A DNA stretch of 64,000 nt from Chrysomallon squamiferum (taxonomy: Eukaryota; Animalia; Mollusca): contig CM022678.1 in NCBI GenBank assembly GCA_012295275.1, positions 16,926,001 through 16,990,000 of the forward strand, given 5' to 3'. A program made the translations under genes and the position numbers. A model generated the notes under the pieces. That model saw nothing but the letters and a program-made list of their open reading frames with translations. It was not told the origin of the DNA and did no database searches. Positions 1 through 12,840 of this stretch are shown here, piece after piece. Position 1 is the stretch's first letter. Each line of letters opens with the position of its first letter.

Positions 1-141
1 TTAAATTTTCCTTTTTATAGTACTGCTTGTTACTATTCTTGTGTGAACAATTTACAGAATTGTAGCTTATAGTGTATTTTACATAGTAATATTTAAATTT
101 GTGATACGATGTGTTTTAGATAAGCACGTTGGGAATCCCTG
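1..141 (-). mobile_element. Left end of the Buster/Charlie-type hAT element, inverted duplicate of the 12841-13075 end
   Basis: 1-120 is the reverse complement of about 12955-13075. The TIR reverse complement (gttgggaatccctg) ends at 141 and recurs near 225-236. 120-260 looks like a scrambled consensus of the same end. Confidence 0.8.
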
Positions 142-543
142 CGTTCTAGGACATCCAAATGAAGAAAAGACTCGCAACGTCAGTGTTAAACTCACCGGGT
201 AACAAGGGGTCGTTATCGCCCTTTTGGGAATCCCTGCTCAAGGACATCCATTCTAAATATATTAGCGTTAGTGTTAAATACGGGTAACATGTCTATTTTT
301 AGTACCTAGCTATTCCCGTGACCTACCAGGAAACAGAAACTGAAGATTGGGTAAGAACGACACGACATTCTAGAATTTTAGTGGGAAAATATCAGTATTT
401 TTGTTTGTTTTATCTTCTCGTTTGTTCGTCTAAAGTATTTAACATGTTAAGATAGTGTGTTACGCATAGAAGAACAGATACTAGAAAATCGAATAACTTT
501 CTCGCTCACGAATTTACAACAACATTGAGATAAACGATTCGTA

Positions 544-607
544 ATGACGGAAGTTGAATTAAAAATGTCCCCGGTGATAATTCTACTGTTAGTTTTATCG
601 CAGACAG
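544..607 (+). CDS. Orphan signal-peptide leader exon (MTEVELKMSPVIILLLVLSQT, phase-1 donor)
   Basis: ATG at 544, hydrophobic core, CAG|gtaaat donor. No + strand ShKT exon is found downstream. Confidence 0.6.
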
Positions 608-1431
608 GTAAATGTGTTTGAATTTGTTAAAATTGAGCTTCAGTCTCTGCACGTGTATTGTGTTTGTATGTGAGGTGTGTGATTGTGTGTGAGCGTATGT
701 GTATGCCATTGTGTTTGTGTGTACGCTCGTGATTGTGTGCATGTGAGCGCGCGTGCTTGTGTGTATGTGTGTGATCGTGCTTGTGTGTCTGTGTACGCAC
801 TGCTTGTGTTTCTTTCTGAATTATTTAAGAAACGTTTAATGCTTAGCCCACACAAAATAACTTAACTGATTTGTGTTAATAACGAGACACTCTAATAAGA
901 AAACTTGGATGAGAAAACGTTGGATTGAGATAATTAATTCGTAAACTTGGTAGTTAACTATAAATCTACATTCAAAACAATTTATAATACATGTATATAT
1001 ATTTTACATTTTGTATTTAAAAAATATAATATATATTAATATCTGTATCTATATATTTATATATATGTATATCTGATTATGAAAACACAATTATCGGTCA
1101 TCAGGATCTTTAAACATACATATAGCTGTAGAATTTATTTACAGTGATTTGTGTTCCTAAATTAAATAATTTAAATATATATATATATATTTTTTTTTAC
1201 CTTGTTCTACCTTTTACTTTTTATATAATTTATTATTTTTTATCGTCATATTATATCTGTTTTATTTACATTTCTTTATAATAATAAGACAAATTAATAT
1301 ATATATATATATATATATATTGTATGTCTAAGATATTCTAATGTGCCTGTATAAGTAGTCCGTCATACTGGTTTGAAATATTTTTACTGACTTTTCAACG
1401 CTTTATTTAGTTTCTGTTTGAGCAGCGATCT

Positions 1432-2350
1432 GAATAAAAACTGCTCTAATGTAAAATGTTAAGTCGTGTCTTTGTGTTTACTGCATGAATGTTATCTCGT
1501 ATTGCGAACCAGAGAGATTGATTTCAGTCAGAACTGTCTGGGTAGTAGCCTGCACCTCGTTATGGTTCACCTGTTTTGTTTCAACCTTTTAATCTGATCG
1601 TGTTATTCTACAAGCATTCGTCCTATGAACAGATTCAACCAAACTATTTTCATAAACATATTTTTAGAAAGAGCAATATTTTAAATATAGTAAAACAGTG
1701 TGAAATTGAAGCTTAAAGCAACTACGCGGTCAAACACTTGTAGGAGCCTCTAAACACTCACCCGTCTCCAAACATTCTCCCAGGTTATGTAGGTCTATAC
1801 GTTTAAATAAAATGTAAAGCTTTTCAACAATAAAATTTAGTTGGTTTAAGCATAATTTTTTTGTATTTATACCGCATAAACGTTTGCACTCTGGCCTCCA
1901 TATGTGTACACTTTGTTATTTGTATAATAATCCTTGTTAAATCTGCTTGAACTTCGAATAAAAGCTCAAATACAATTTTAATCTATTATTTTACACAGTA
2001 GTAAAAATAAATGAAACTGATTTATAATTCTCCCCCACCAAGTTAATTTTGATTAATAACGAAGTATCACTAGAAATTAGTAGTTTAACAACACTGTGTA
2101 CAGTATAAAAAAATATCTGGGAGCTGTTTTTATTTCTGTAGCCGTGACATCATCACGTGTAGGACGTATCGTTTTGCTCTAAAGCAGAGGTCGTTAACCT
2201 TGTCGCTCGGGACTTCAGTAGACGTTTCACTGACTGTTGTGGACCCTTTGCCTTTTTGGATTGATCGCAGAGTCGAATTTAGTCTTGGTGATGTCCTCTT
2301 CTATATAAAGCCCTGAGGACCCCATTTTTTTCTCTCTCTTATTTTTTCTC
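1432..2350 (+). repeat. Near-identical direct duplicate of about 21280-22195
   Basis: Long runs match base for base, for example gaataaaaactgctctaatgtaaaatgttaag and gaggaccccatttttttctctctcttattttttctcc. Confidence 0.9.
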
Positions 2351-2501
2351 CACGAAGTTTGTCAGATTTAAAAATAAACATTTTCTCAAATTTTACACTG
2401 ACGCATGTCTATATTTAGAATAGAGATCATACTACGCTGGCAAAGTTTCTTTTGTATGCACATACGAATGTACATTTTGTGATTAATATGTACATATAAA
2501 A

Positions 2502-2534
<33 letters not shown>

Positions 2535-2600
2535 CAATCATACATTCATATAAATATACATAGATTCATAAAAGTTTACATAGATACATATATACATAGA

Positions 2601-2677
<77 letters not shown>

Positions 2678-3480
2678 TTACATGCACACAGGAAGGGAGA
2701 AACACTCGTAACAAGGAACAAATTATTTAATATTTTACTTTTTTTAATTATTTTTTTCATTATTATTATTATTATTGTTATTATTATTATTATTTATTTA
2801 TTTGTTTATTTATTTATCCATTTTTAATTTATTATATTTTTGACCATTTTAAATTGATTTACAAAAGTGATAAAAAAATAACTTTCATGTATGAAAAAAA
2901 CCAGTCATTTTAAATGTTACAGGTACTTGTACCTCTACTAGCTTAAACAATCAATAGAAACCAGCTGTCGATGTACATAACAGTAAATAAGGCCACCAAC
3001 TAACCGAGTTGAAAAGGTTCGCCTACCTATCGCTGTGTATCCGGCAATGTTTGGTGGAGAGACCAAACTATCCTTTTGTGACTCATAAAAGCTCGTTGTC
3101 ATCTAAGACAAGTATATTCTTCTTAAGTCTAATTAATTTTAATAATAAATATGTTTGGACTAAAATTCCAGATTTCTCTGTCTGCTGCTGTCATTGGGAA
3201 ACCATTCAGTTAAATTTAATTTTCTGTTTCTATTATATTAATTTTTGGTATTATTTTCTAAATAAGGAACGAAGTTCACTGGACTCTTCTCTGTTGATGC
3301 AATGCCAACAATTCTACACACACAGAGAAACACAGCAAGGAAGTAATTTCACAAGAATCAGCTCCACATTGTGTGAAAAAAACTGAAGGAAACAAACGTA
3401 AGTATACAAACGCATACCCCACAAATACACACACACAGACATAAACACCTACACCGATTCATAAACACACAAACACCATA
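2351..3480. repeat. Upstream-of-leader block, inverted duplicate of about 22500-23612
   Basis: 2400-2460 is the reverse complement of about 23505-23565. ORFs 3009..3386(+) and 22663..22881(-) share the same translation. Confidence 0.85.
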
Positions 3481-3488
3481 TATATCCG

Positions 3489-4034
<546 letters not shown>

Positions 4035-4177
4035 ATTGTGATAAAACTAACAAATAAAATGAAACAACAATAAACTGTCGTGAAACTAACAACAATTATG
4101 AAACACAAGTCTTCGTGCAGTCCATTTCGTTTTCCTGCGCGCAATTTTCTGGGAAACATAGCTCTGTATTTATGTGT

Positions 4178-4220
<43 letters not shown>

Positions 4221-5051
4221 TTAGCTTTGTTAAGGTTGTTATTGTTGTTATTGTTGTTCTCATGTATTAAGAATTTTGTTTTGTTATTATTGTTGTGATT
4301 GCTATTGTTGTACCTTCACTCCCACATCACGTACCTATCAGGTTGATATCACTGGATTTGTGCTCAGAGAGAATCTTTTGAGCAGTCGTCGGAACCATTT
4401 TTAAGGTTTCAAACAGTGAAAAGGTGGAACGCCCATCAAACAGACTAATAATTAAAAAATTAAGGGTTTAAACTTAAACAACATTTATTAAAATTTAACT
4501 GAAAGTTTAAATAATTATTCATCAAACTTTTATGATTAATACTTTATTGTTTATCATATGACGTTAAAATGTGTTTCCCAAGATCGCTCTCACTTATGAA
4601 GCAACGCGCGCATTGAAAATACAGACTTCCTCTGTTCTATCACTCTACTGGAAAGAGAAAAGTCGCTATTAATTTTAGGAAAATAAGAGTTATTGTTGAT
4701 AGCTAGTTGTGCTATTACTGAAACGTTAAGGGTGTCAAATAAGAACATGGAATTAAGGTCGACACACTCCCAGTCCCTGATTTAGCTACCAGCTAAACAA
4801 CTATAGCTTAGGGCCTCACCAAATTTAATGATTACAAATTTAACAGTTTATCGTATGACGCAAGAACTTCCTGCGCTCTGTCGTTCTACTAGGAGAACAC
4901 AAACGCCACTATTAACTGAGTTCACGCTACAAAAACAATCGGATTATCTTGGGAAGGAACCCTAGAAAAAAGTTAAAAGATTTCCAAAATGCTTTTAATT
5001 AATTAAAACAAATATTAACATGCATGTTTTCTGAAAGCTCGTGATATTTAA

Positions 5052-5090
<39 letters not shown>

Positions 5091-6042
5091 TAAGAAAAAA
5101 AGGAAGAAAAAACGAAAAGAAAAACGATTTTCACAAAACACAAAAAGAATAAATTGGTGGCGGAGGGGGAAAATTATCGACATATTACATTTTATTTTTG
5201 CTACTGTGTTAAATAAAAGATTAAAACTGTATTTGATGCAGAACTTGAAATTCAAGCAGGATTTACGAAGGATTATTGTACAAATGATAAAGTTTACTCG
5301 CTAAATGTAAAATATAGTGCAATTTTTATGCAGTGTACACAGAAAAGGTTTGCGTTCCAAAACTTGATTTGATTTCCATTACTTCCGTCCGCGTTAATCG
5401 GGTATCTCAATGTTCTTGTAAATTCGTGAATGAAAAAGTAGTTCGATTTTCCGATGTCTGTTATTTTATACGTAACACATTACAGTAACATGTTAAATAC
5501 TTTAGACACAAACTTTTCGAATATCGTTTATGGCCGCTTCGGCCCCTATCTATAGTTTCACTTTCCTTGTACGCTATGTGGAATAGATCGTATTTAAAAA
5601 CAAACATGTTTTTCGTATTTTTATAATGACACGTGTCTATATTTAGAATATAAGTCGTGTCACGCAGGAAATATTTCCTTCACTCGTGATTAGGTCATTG
5701 ATACCGTAAAAGAGACATCGCCTAGATATTTTTAACTGTACTCAATGTTGTTTATTATGATTAAATTGACAGGGGCGGCTGGCGGGAGGGGGAAAATTAT
5801 AGACCTATTACATATATTAAAATGTGTTACAGTGTTTTCCTGTCCAAGTTTTTTCATTAGAGTGTCTGGTTATTTTTAACACAATTCAAATGAAGTAAGT
5901 TATTTTATGTTGCCTAAAGATATAAGTGTTTCCAACCTAATTCAGTCACAAACACAAGAACGCGCGTGCACACGTACACACCTCACACACAAATACAGCA
6001 CACAAACTGAAACACATTTTTAAAGAATTCGAACACACTTAC

Positions 6043-6106
6043 CTGTCTGCGATAAAACAAACAGTAGAATTATTATCGTGGACACTTTTAATTCAACTTC
6101 CGTCAT
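6043..6106 (-). CDS. Orphan signal-peptide leader exon (MTEVELKVSTIIILLFVLSQT), paralogue of the copy C leader
   Basis: ATG at 6106 and CAG|gtaagt donor. Intron-1 homology runs to about 4300 and then breaks with no ShKT exon. Confidence 0.6.
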
Positions 6107-7643
6107 TGCGAATCGGGTTTCTCCGTGTTCTTGTTTATTCGTGAAAGAGAAAGTTATTCGAGTTTCCTGTATCTTTCCTTCTGTACGTAACACACTATCT
6201 TAACATATTTAATACTTTAGACAATAAAGAAAGAAACAAAAAATACTTATATCTGTCTACAAATTTTAAAATGTCCTGTCGTTTGTCCTCTGTTCGGCCA
6301 TATCTACAGTTTCAATTTCCTTGTAGGGCATGGTATAAAAATAAATAGTTTTACAATGACGCCTTTCTACATTTAGAATAGAAATTGTACTACACTGGAA
6401 ATACTTCCTACGAATGTACATGAATTGATACACATAAGCATACATACATACATACATCCTTATAAAGACTTAATAGCAGTGATAATTATGCAGACGATAA
6501 TTAGCTAAAAAGAGAATAGAGTATACATGTTGACCGAAATTAATTAATTGCAACCATCTTGCACCTATAATCTGCAAGTAAAACCTCTAATAGCTGAAAC
6601 AATCCACATAATGTGGGTGTTTTTAAAAAGCTGTCGATGTACATAACATTGAATAAGACTACTGATTAATCATCTTGAAAAGATTCGCCTTCGTATCGCT
6701 ATGTATCCGGCATTGTTGGCTGGAGGGGACAAACTATACTTATGTAACTCATCATCACCTACGACAAGCATATTATTCCTGAATCTAATTTATTCTAAAA
6801 ATTAAAAAAATTACCTCAATATTTTTACACTAAAAATCCAGATTTTTCTCACTGCTGCTGAACTTGGGAAACCATTAAATTATCGATCCAGTCTGCCAAA
6901 CTCGTATCAGAGTAACGTCCCTTGTTTCTCGGGGATATGGTAAAGCCACGAAGTAGTAGGTAGTGTAAGAATAAAATATTTGTGATTAGTATTTTTATTT
7001 ATTATTATTATTATTATTATTTTAGATTTGCGTGTGAGCGTGTGAGTGTCAGAAATATACAAATCCCATTTTCAGTTTTTATTAATAAAATTGAATAAAA
7101 CAAAATAAAACAAAACAAAATAAAATTAATAACTGAAATGTAATAAAATAATTGAATTAAAATAAAATTAAATAATGTGAATGAAATAAACTTAGATTAA
7201 ATTAAATAAATGAAATTAAAGTAAAGTAAAGCATCTTTCTCTGTATATTAAGATTGTTTTGTCAGTACAATCTGTGGGTATCATGTGTTTCTACTATATT
7301 AATTTTTTGTGTTATCTGCTCAGTAAGGAAGTAATTTCACTGGACTCTTCTATACTGATTCAATGTTAAACATTGTACAAACATACACAGAAACACATAA
7401 ACACAGAAACACACAAACAAAGACCTACATGAACACACACAGGTATACACATATAAAAATACATGAACACACACACATACATAGATATGAACACAGACAC
7501 ATGCACATATTAGAAGACACACGTACAAACATGCAGACACACAAAGCACACAAATGTAAATATATACACATACATACACATACAGAGAGAGAGAGCAAGC
7601 GAGATTAAGAGATACACAGAGATGGAGAAAGAAAGATTCAGAT

Positions 7644-7775
<132 letters not shown>

Positions 7776-8345
7776 AAACGTTTTTTTGCATACATCTCTA
7801 TGACACACTTCTTCCTGTCTATGAGAAAGGAAGAAAATGATAAGAAGATTTATTTGATTTTAAATTTTTATTATAACAACTGTTGTTAATGTTATTATTA
7901 TTGCTTTTAGTATTCTTGCCACACTACACAAACTATATTATTATTTTAAAACAGAGAAAAAAGGTTATCTGAATGTTTTATAGCAATACAAGATTATAAA
8001 TTATCATTCTAATATTTTTCTAATAACTGAAAAATATTTTTGAAAGCAGATCCTCTATAAAATAGATATGTAAATAAAAACAGCAAGACACATTCCCACA
8101 CATATACACATGCAAATATTATTCAGTGTAAAAAGAAAATTTAAATATTTTACTTCCCCAGTTTTCAGCCTGAATATAAACATTCATTTTGTTCTGTTCT
8201 TTACAAAATTTCATTGTCTTGTATTAGCAGTTGAAGATATTTAAAAATCAATATATATATATATACTTTTTTATATTTCACTCATCACTAAACACATTTT
8301 ATTTAAATTTAATACAAGTGTCACAAAAATGTTTTAACTGTTCTG

Positions 8346-8411
8346 CTATATCACTCTCTCTGAAATGATGTTGAATGACAACAACCATTCTAACAGAAGT
8401 TGATGAATAAA
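8346..8411 (-). pseudogene. Remnant of the terminal PTP exon (FIHQLLLEWLLSFNIISERVI*), now in the 3' UTR of copy A
   Basis: Homologous to 36419-36484 (FIYQLMLEWLLSFNIISERVI*). It lies 5 nt after the copy A stop and is out of frame with it. Confidence 0.85.
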
Positions 8412-8416
8412 ACTGA

Positions 8417-11400
8417 TCAGTTCGCGCAGTTCTCGCTGCATTTCTTTGAGCAGTTCTTTCCGGAAAATCCAACTTTACAACCGAGAGAGCATTGCCCGTC
8501 TCTGTTACAGGAATTTTCTAGACAGTTGTTCGAACAACGAAGCTCACAAAATTTATCCCAAAATCCTTTAGGGCACTGTAAACACTCTCCCGTCTGTTTG
8601 TTGCAGACTTTGTCTTTACATCCGTCTGGACACTCTTCTTCGCACTTTGGACCAAAAAACCCATCAGAACAGGGACCGATGCAGAAGCCTTTTTCGTCGA
8701 TGTGATTACAATGAGAACGCTGCTGGCAACGTGGTCCGTAGAATCCAGAAGGACAGCGTTCACAATCTCCCGTCCAGCGCAGACATATTCTGTTCAAGCA
8801 ACTGTCACTACAGTTCTTTTCACAGTGTTTGCCATGTGTTTTGTTACTGGGACAAAATGTATTACACCTTTCTTTGTAACTTTGTGAATTTTTTGTGTCT
8901 TTGACAGAACAGGAAATACACGTGTCGCCATCACCATGGTAATAACCTTCAGAACACCCCTTATCTAAAAATAGAATTATTCGTATTAATTTACCGAGAT
9001 TTAGAGGAGGGTGTGTGTGCACTGCTACCACATTTGCAGTAATTAAAAGATAAATTGACAGAGTAGATACAAGGATTGGGTGCACGAGTAAATGAAATTA
9101 ACCATGTTGACTTACTGAAATTAAAACAGAAATAGTGTGTTTCATTATGCATGTGTACAAAAAGAAAAATCGTTATATTTATTAACACAAATTAAAAATG
9201 TTCATGTTTTTGTGATTGCATTGTATTTTGGTGTGTGCATGTTCGTATGTCGTTATGTACACCCACAAAATTAAACTGCCAGCCGTTATGTCCTATATAT
9301 CTATACTATCTAATATACGTAGTATACTGGTATACCCAGTATTACATGCATCGATCAATCGTATCTTATCATAGCTGTAACCTGAACACATTTCCTATTT
9401 ATACAAGCTATCCTGCCTAATACATACCTTTCCTTTGTATGTTATTATCTATCATATATATCTAAACGACCTAAAATATGTTTACTATCACGGAATTCTG
9501 AATAACATATAAAGTATGGTTTTTTTCTGATTACATATCCTTCCGGACTATATCCGTTCCTATCTGGAATCTTTCCTATCAGACATGTATATGATTCATC
9601 TATGCTAGTTAGCTATCCTTGTTTAACATACCAAACATTTTGTGTATCTGTGCTTACACAATGCACCAACTATACTGTGTATACCTATATCTGTACTTAA
9701 CATATCAACTATCCTGAGTATCTATCCTTACTGGACATATCAACTAGACTGTGTATATATATCCTTACTTAACATATGAACTATACTGTGTATGTATCGT
9801 TATTAACATATGAGCTATCTGTTGTATCTATCCTGCTTCTGTTGACTCTGCCTTGCTGGAACACTGATGACGTTACCTGTACAAACTTCACAAGTCTTCA
9901 TACAGTACACATCTTTTTCCTGCTCGCAGTTTTGGGGGGAACATAAGTCAGAGTTGTCTTTACATGTGAAACTGTTAACTGATACTGAAGAAGTGGAAAA
10001 AGCATTATATCAAATATTGTTCACGATGTGAATTTTTAAATACAATCATACACACCCACACAAACATAGACTTTAGCACACACATATTTTATAAACTTAC
10101 ATTGAAATATGAACATACATACATACATGGATATATTCATACACACATACGCACTCATATTTACACTTCTCAGTAATTTTATTTACTTATTTACTTATTT
10201 ATTTATCTATCTATTTATTTATTAGTTCGTTGTTTTTGCTCTTTTTATTTTTAAATTTGTTTTTAGATTGTTTTGCTGTTGTTGGTTTTGTTGCAGGGTA
10301 ACTATTTTTCAGGTATGACCAATTTAAAACAGTGAAACGTTGGATCGCCCATCAGAGACACAATAATTTCAGAACTAATGGATCAAACTTAAATAATATT
10401 TACTAAAATTTAACTAAAACTTAAAATAATAATTCATCAGAATTTAATTATTAAAAATTTAATAGTTCGTCATATGACGTAAGAACGTGTTACCGAACAT
10501 GGTTCAGCTTAGCGCCTCACAAATTGCGTGTGGACTCAATGAGATTAGACTCCAAACAAATACAGGGTCATACTAAAGATACAATCTACAAAACTTGATA
10601 AAAAATTCTGAGATTTGAAAATTTGCTGTTAAATAATTGATAGGCATATACATTAGAAAAAAAAAAAAAAAAGAAAAAAAGAGAGTAAAAAAAAAATGTG
10701 GCGGGGGGATTTAGGGCTAAATATAGCTGAGGGCATCTCCAAGCCTAAATTCGACACTGCGATCTACCCGAAAAGGCAAAGGGCCCACAACATTCAGAAA
10801 AAAAGGATACTGATGTCCCTAGCGACAAGGTTAACGAACTCTGCTTTAGAGCAAAACGCTACGTCCTACACGTGATGATGTCACGGCTACAGGAAAAAAT
10901 ACAGCTCCCTGATATTTTTCACACTGTACTCAGTGTTGTTATACTACTTATTTCTAGTCATACTTCGTTATTAATCAAGAATAACTTGGTGGGGGAGAAT
11001 TATAAATCTGTTACCTTTATTTTTTACTACTGTGTAAAATTATATTTCAGCTTTTATTTGAAGTTCAAGCAGATTTAAGAAGGATTATTATAGAAACAAC
11101 AAAGTGTACATGTTATGTTGAGGCTAGTGTGCAGAATTTTATGCGGTGTAAAAATATATATATGTATATTTAGTTTTCTTCTAAAATTTTATTTGATCTC
11201 CATAACAGACTTGTTCAGTTACCATGCAAATTATTGTCATTAAGTTGAACACGACAGTAATTGCAATTCATAAAAATAAATTTTGCTTAAAGCAACTAAA
11301 TTTTATGATTGAAAACTTTAAATTATATTTAAATGTATAGACCTACATAACCTGGGAGAATGTCTGGAGGCGGGTGAGTGTTTAGAGGCTTCTACAAGTG

Positions 11401-11790
11401 TTTGACCGGGTAGTGGCTTTAAGCTTCAATTTCACTGTGTTTGACTATATTTTAAATATTGCTCTTTCTAAAAATATGTTTATGAAAATAGTTTGGTTAA
11501 ATCTCTTTGTAGGACGAATGCTTGTAGAATAACCCGATCAGATTAAAAGGTTGAAACATAACAGGTGATCCATAACGAGGTGGCGGCTACCCAAGACAGT
11601 TCTGACTGAAATCAATCTCTCTGGTTCGCAATACGAGATAACGTTCACGCAGTAAACACAAAGACACGACTGAACATTTTACATTAGTGCAGTTTTTATT
11701 CAGATCGCAGATCAAGCAGAAAATAAATCTGGCGTTGAAAAATGAGTAAATGGTTTTCAAAAAAGGTCACCTTGTGAATATTTTATACAT

Positions 11791-11858
<68 letters not shown>

Positions 11859-12534
11859 ATAAAAATTATAAAAAAATATATTAATGAGTAAAAAAAAAAG
11901 TAACAAATTACGTAAAAGTAACAGAAAAAAACAAGTAGAAAAACTCTATATATTTAAATTATTAAATTTCGGACATCAAAACGGGAAATATATTCTACGG
12001 CTATATTTATGTTAAAAGAAAAAATATATTTAATTATATTTTAATAATCAGAAGTACGTGTTTTTAGAGTCGAGTCTATGTGTACTGTATTTTATATTTT
12101 TCTATATTATAAATTGTTTGTGATTTTTTAAGAATTATATATACATGTATTTTTTATTTATACTTAACTACCAAGTTTACAATTAATTATCTGAATCCAA
12201 CGTTTTTTCTTATCAAGTTTTCTCATTAGAGTGTCTGGTTATTTTCAACACAAATCAAAAGTTATTTTACGTGGGCTACGCATTAAACGTTTCTTAAATC
12301 ATTCAGAAAAAAAACACAAGCAGTACATTCTAACATATTTAAGATACGAGCGTACACACCCAAACACAATGGCATACACATACGCTCACACAGAGTCACA
12401 CACCTCACATACAAACACAACACACGTGCGCAGACTGAAGTTCATTTTTAACGAATTCAAACACACTTACCTGTCTGCGATAGAACTAACAGTAGAATTA
12501 TTACCGGGGACATTTTTAATTCAACATTTGTCAT
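8417..12534 (-). CDS. Copy A: predicted secreted ShKT + MEGF/SREC-type EGF-repeat protein, 239 aa; exons 12534-12471 (signal peptide), 9984-9877 (ShKT-like), 8964-8417 (about 5 EGF-like units, stop)
   Basis: All junctions are GT-AG and phase 1. Exon lengths 64+108+548=720 nt give an open frame: MTNVELKMSPVIILLLVLSQT-VSVNSFTCKDNSDLCSPQNCEQEKDVYCMKTCEVCT-DKGCSEGYYHG...CSENCAN*. Confidence 0.75.
9300..9840. repeat. Degenerate ~35-bp minisatellite (about aacatatcaactatcctgtgtatctatccttactt) in intron 2; paralogous tracts at about 29430-29910, 40700-41370 and 47990-48540
   Basis: Recurrent caactatcctg and aacata motifs at roughly 35-bp spacing, clearest at 9660-9835 and 41170-41370. Confidence 0.6.
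9877..9984 (-). CDS. ShKT-like exon of copy A (108 nt, phase 1-1)
   Basis: C-x-D-x4-C-x4-C-x7-C-x-KTC-x2-C pattern, ttcttcag acceptor and ACAG|gtaac donor. Confidence 0.8.
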
Positions 12535-12840
12535 TACGAATCGTTTATCTCAATGTTGTTGTAAATTCGTGAGCGATAAAGTTATTCGATTTTCTAGTAT
12601 CTGTTCTTCTATACGTAACACACTATCTTAACACGTTAGATACTTAAGATGAAGAAAAGAGAAGATAAAACAAAAAATACTGATATTTTCCCACAAAAAT
12701 TCTAGAATGTCGTGTCGTTCTTACACTATCTGCAGTTTCTGTTTCCTGGTAGGTCACGGCAATAGCTAAATTCTAAAAATAGAAATGTTACCCGTATTTA
12801 ACACTGACGCTAGTCTATATTTAGAATGGATGTTCTAGAG

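Larger units (their letters stand above)
1..2330 (+). repeat. Inverted segmental duplicate of the hAT end, promoter, leader exon and intron 1 of an A/D-type gene (partner about 10700-13075; also similar to about 49380-50830)
   Basis: 481-540 is the reverse complement of about 12540-12600, 1561-1600 of about 11535-11575, and 1340-1440 of about 50110-50210. ORFs 506..742(-) and 12231..12572(+) share the same translation. Confidence 0.85.

Noticed and set aside
8400-8904. Overlapping + strand and alternative-frame ORFs over the EGF exons (also 28127-29116 and 47124-47622)
   Set aside because: They are shadow frames of Cys-rich coding sequence.
8965-9085. N-terminal 'signal peptide' of ORF 8417..9085 (and the starts of 27960..29183 and 47300..47755)
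   Set aside because: These have non-ATG starts and lie upstream of a conserved ttctatttttag acceptor that joins in phase to the ShKT exon, so this is intron read-through.
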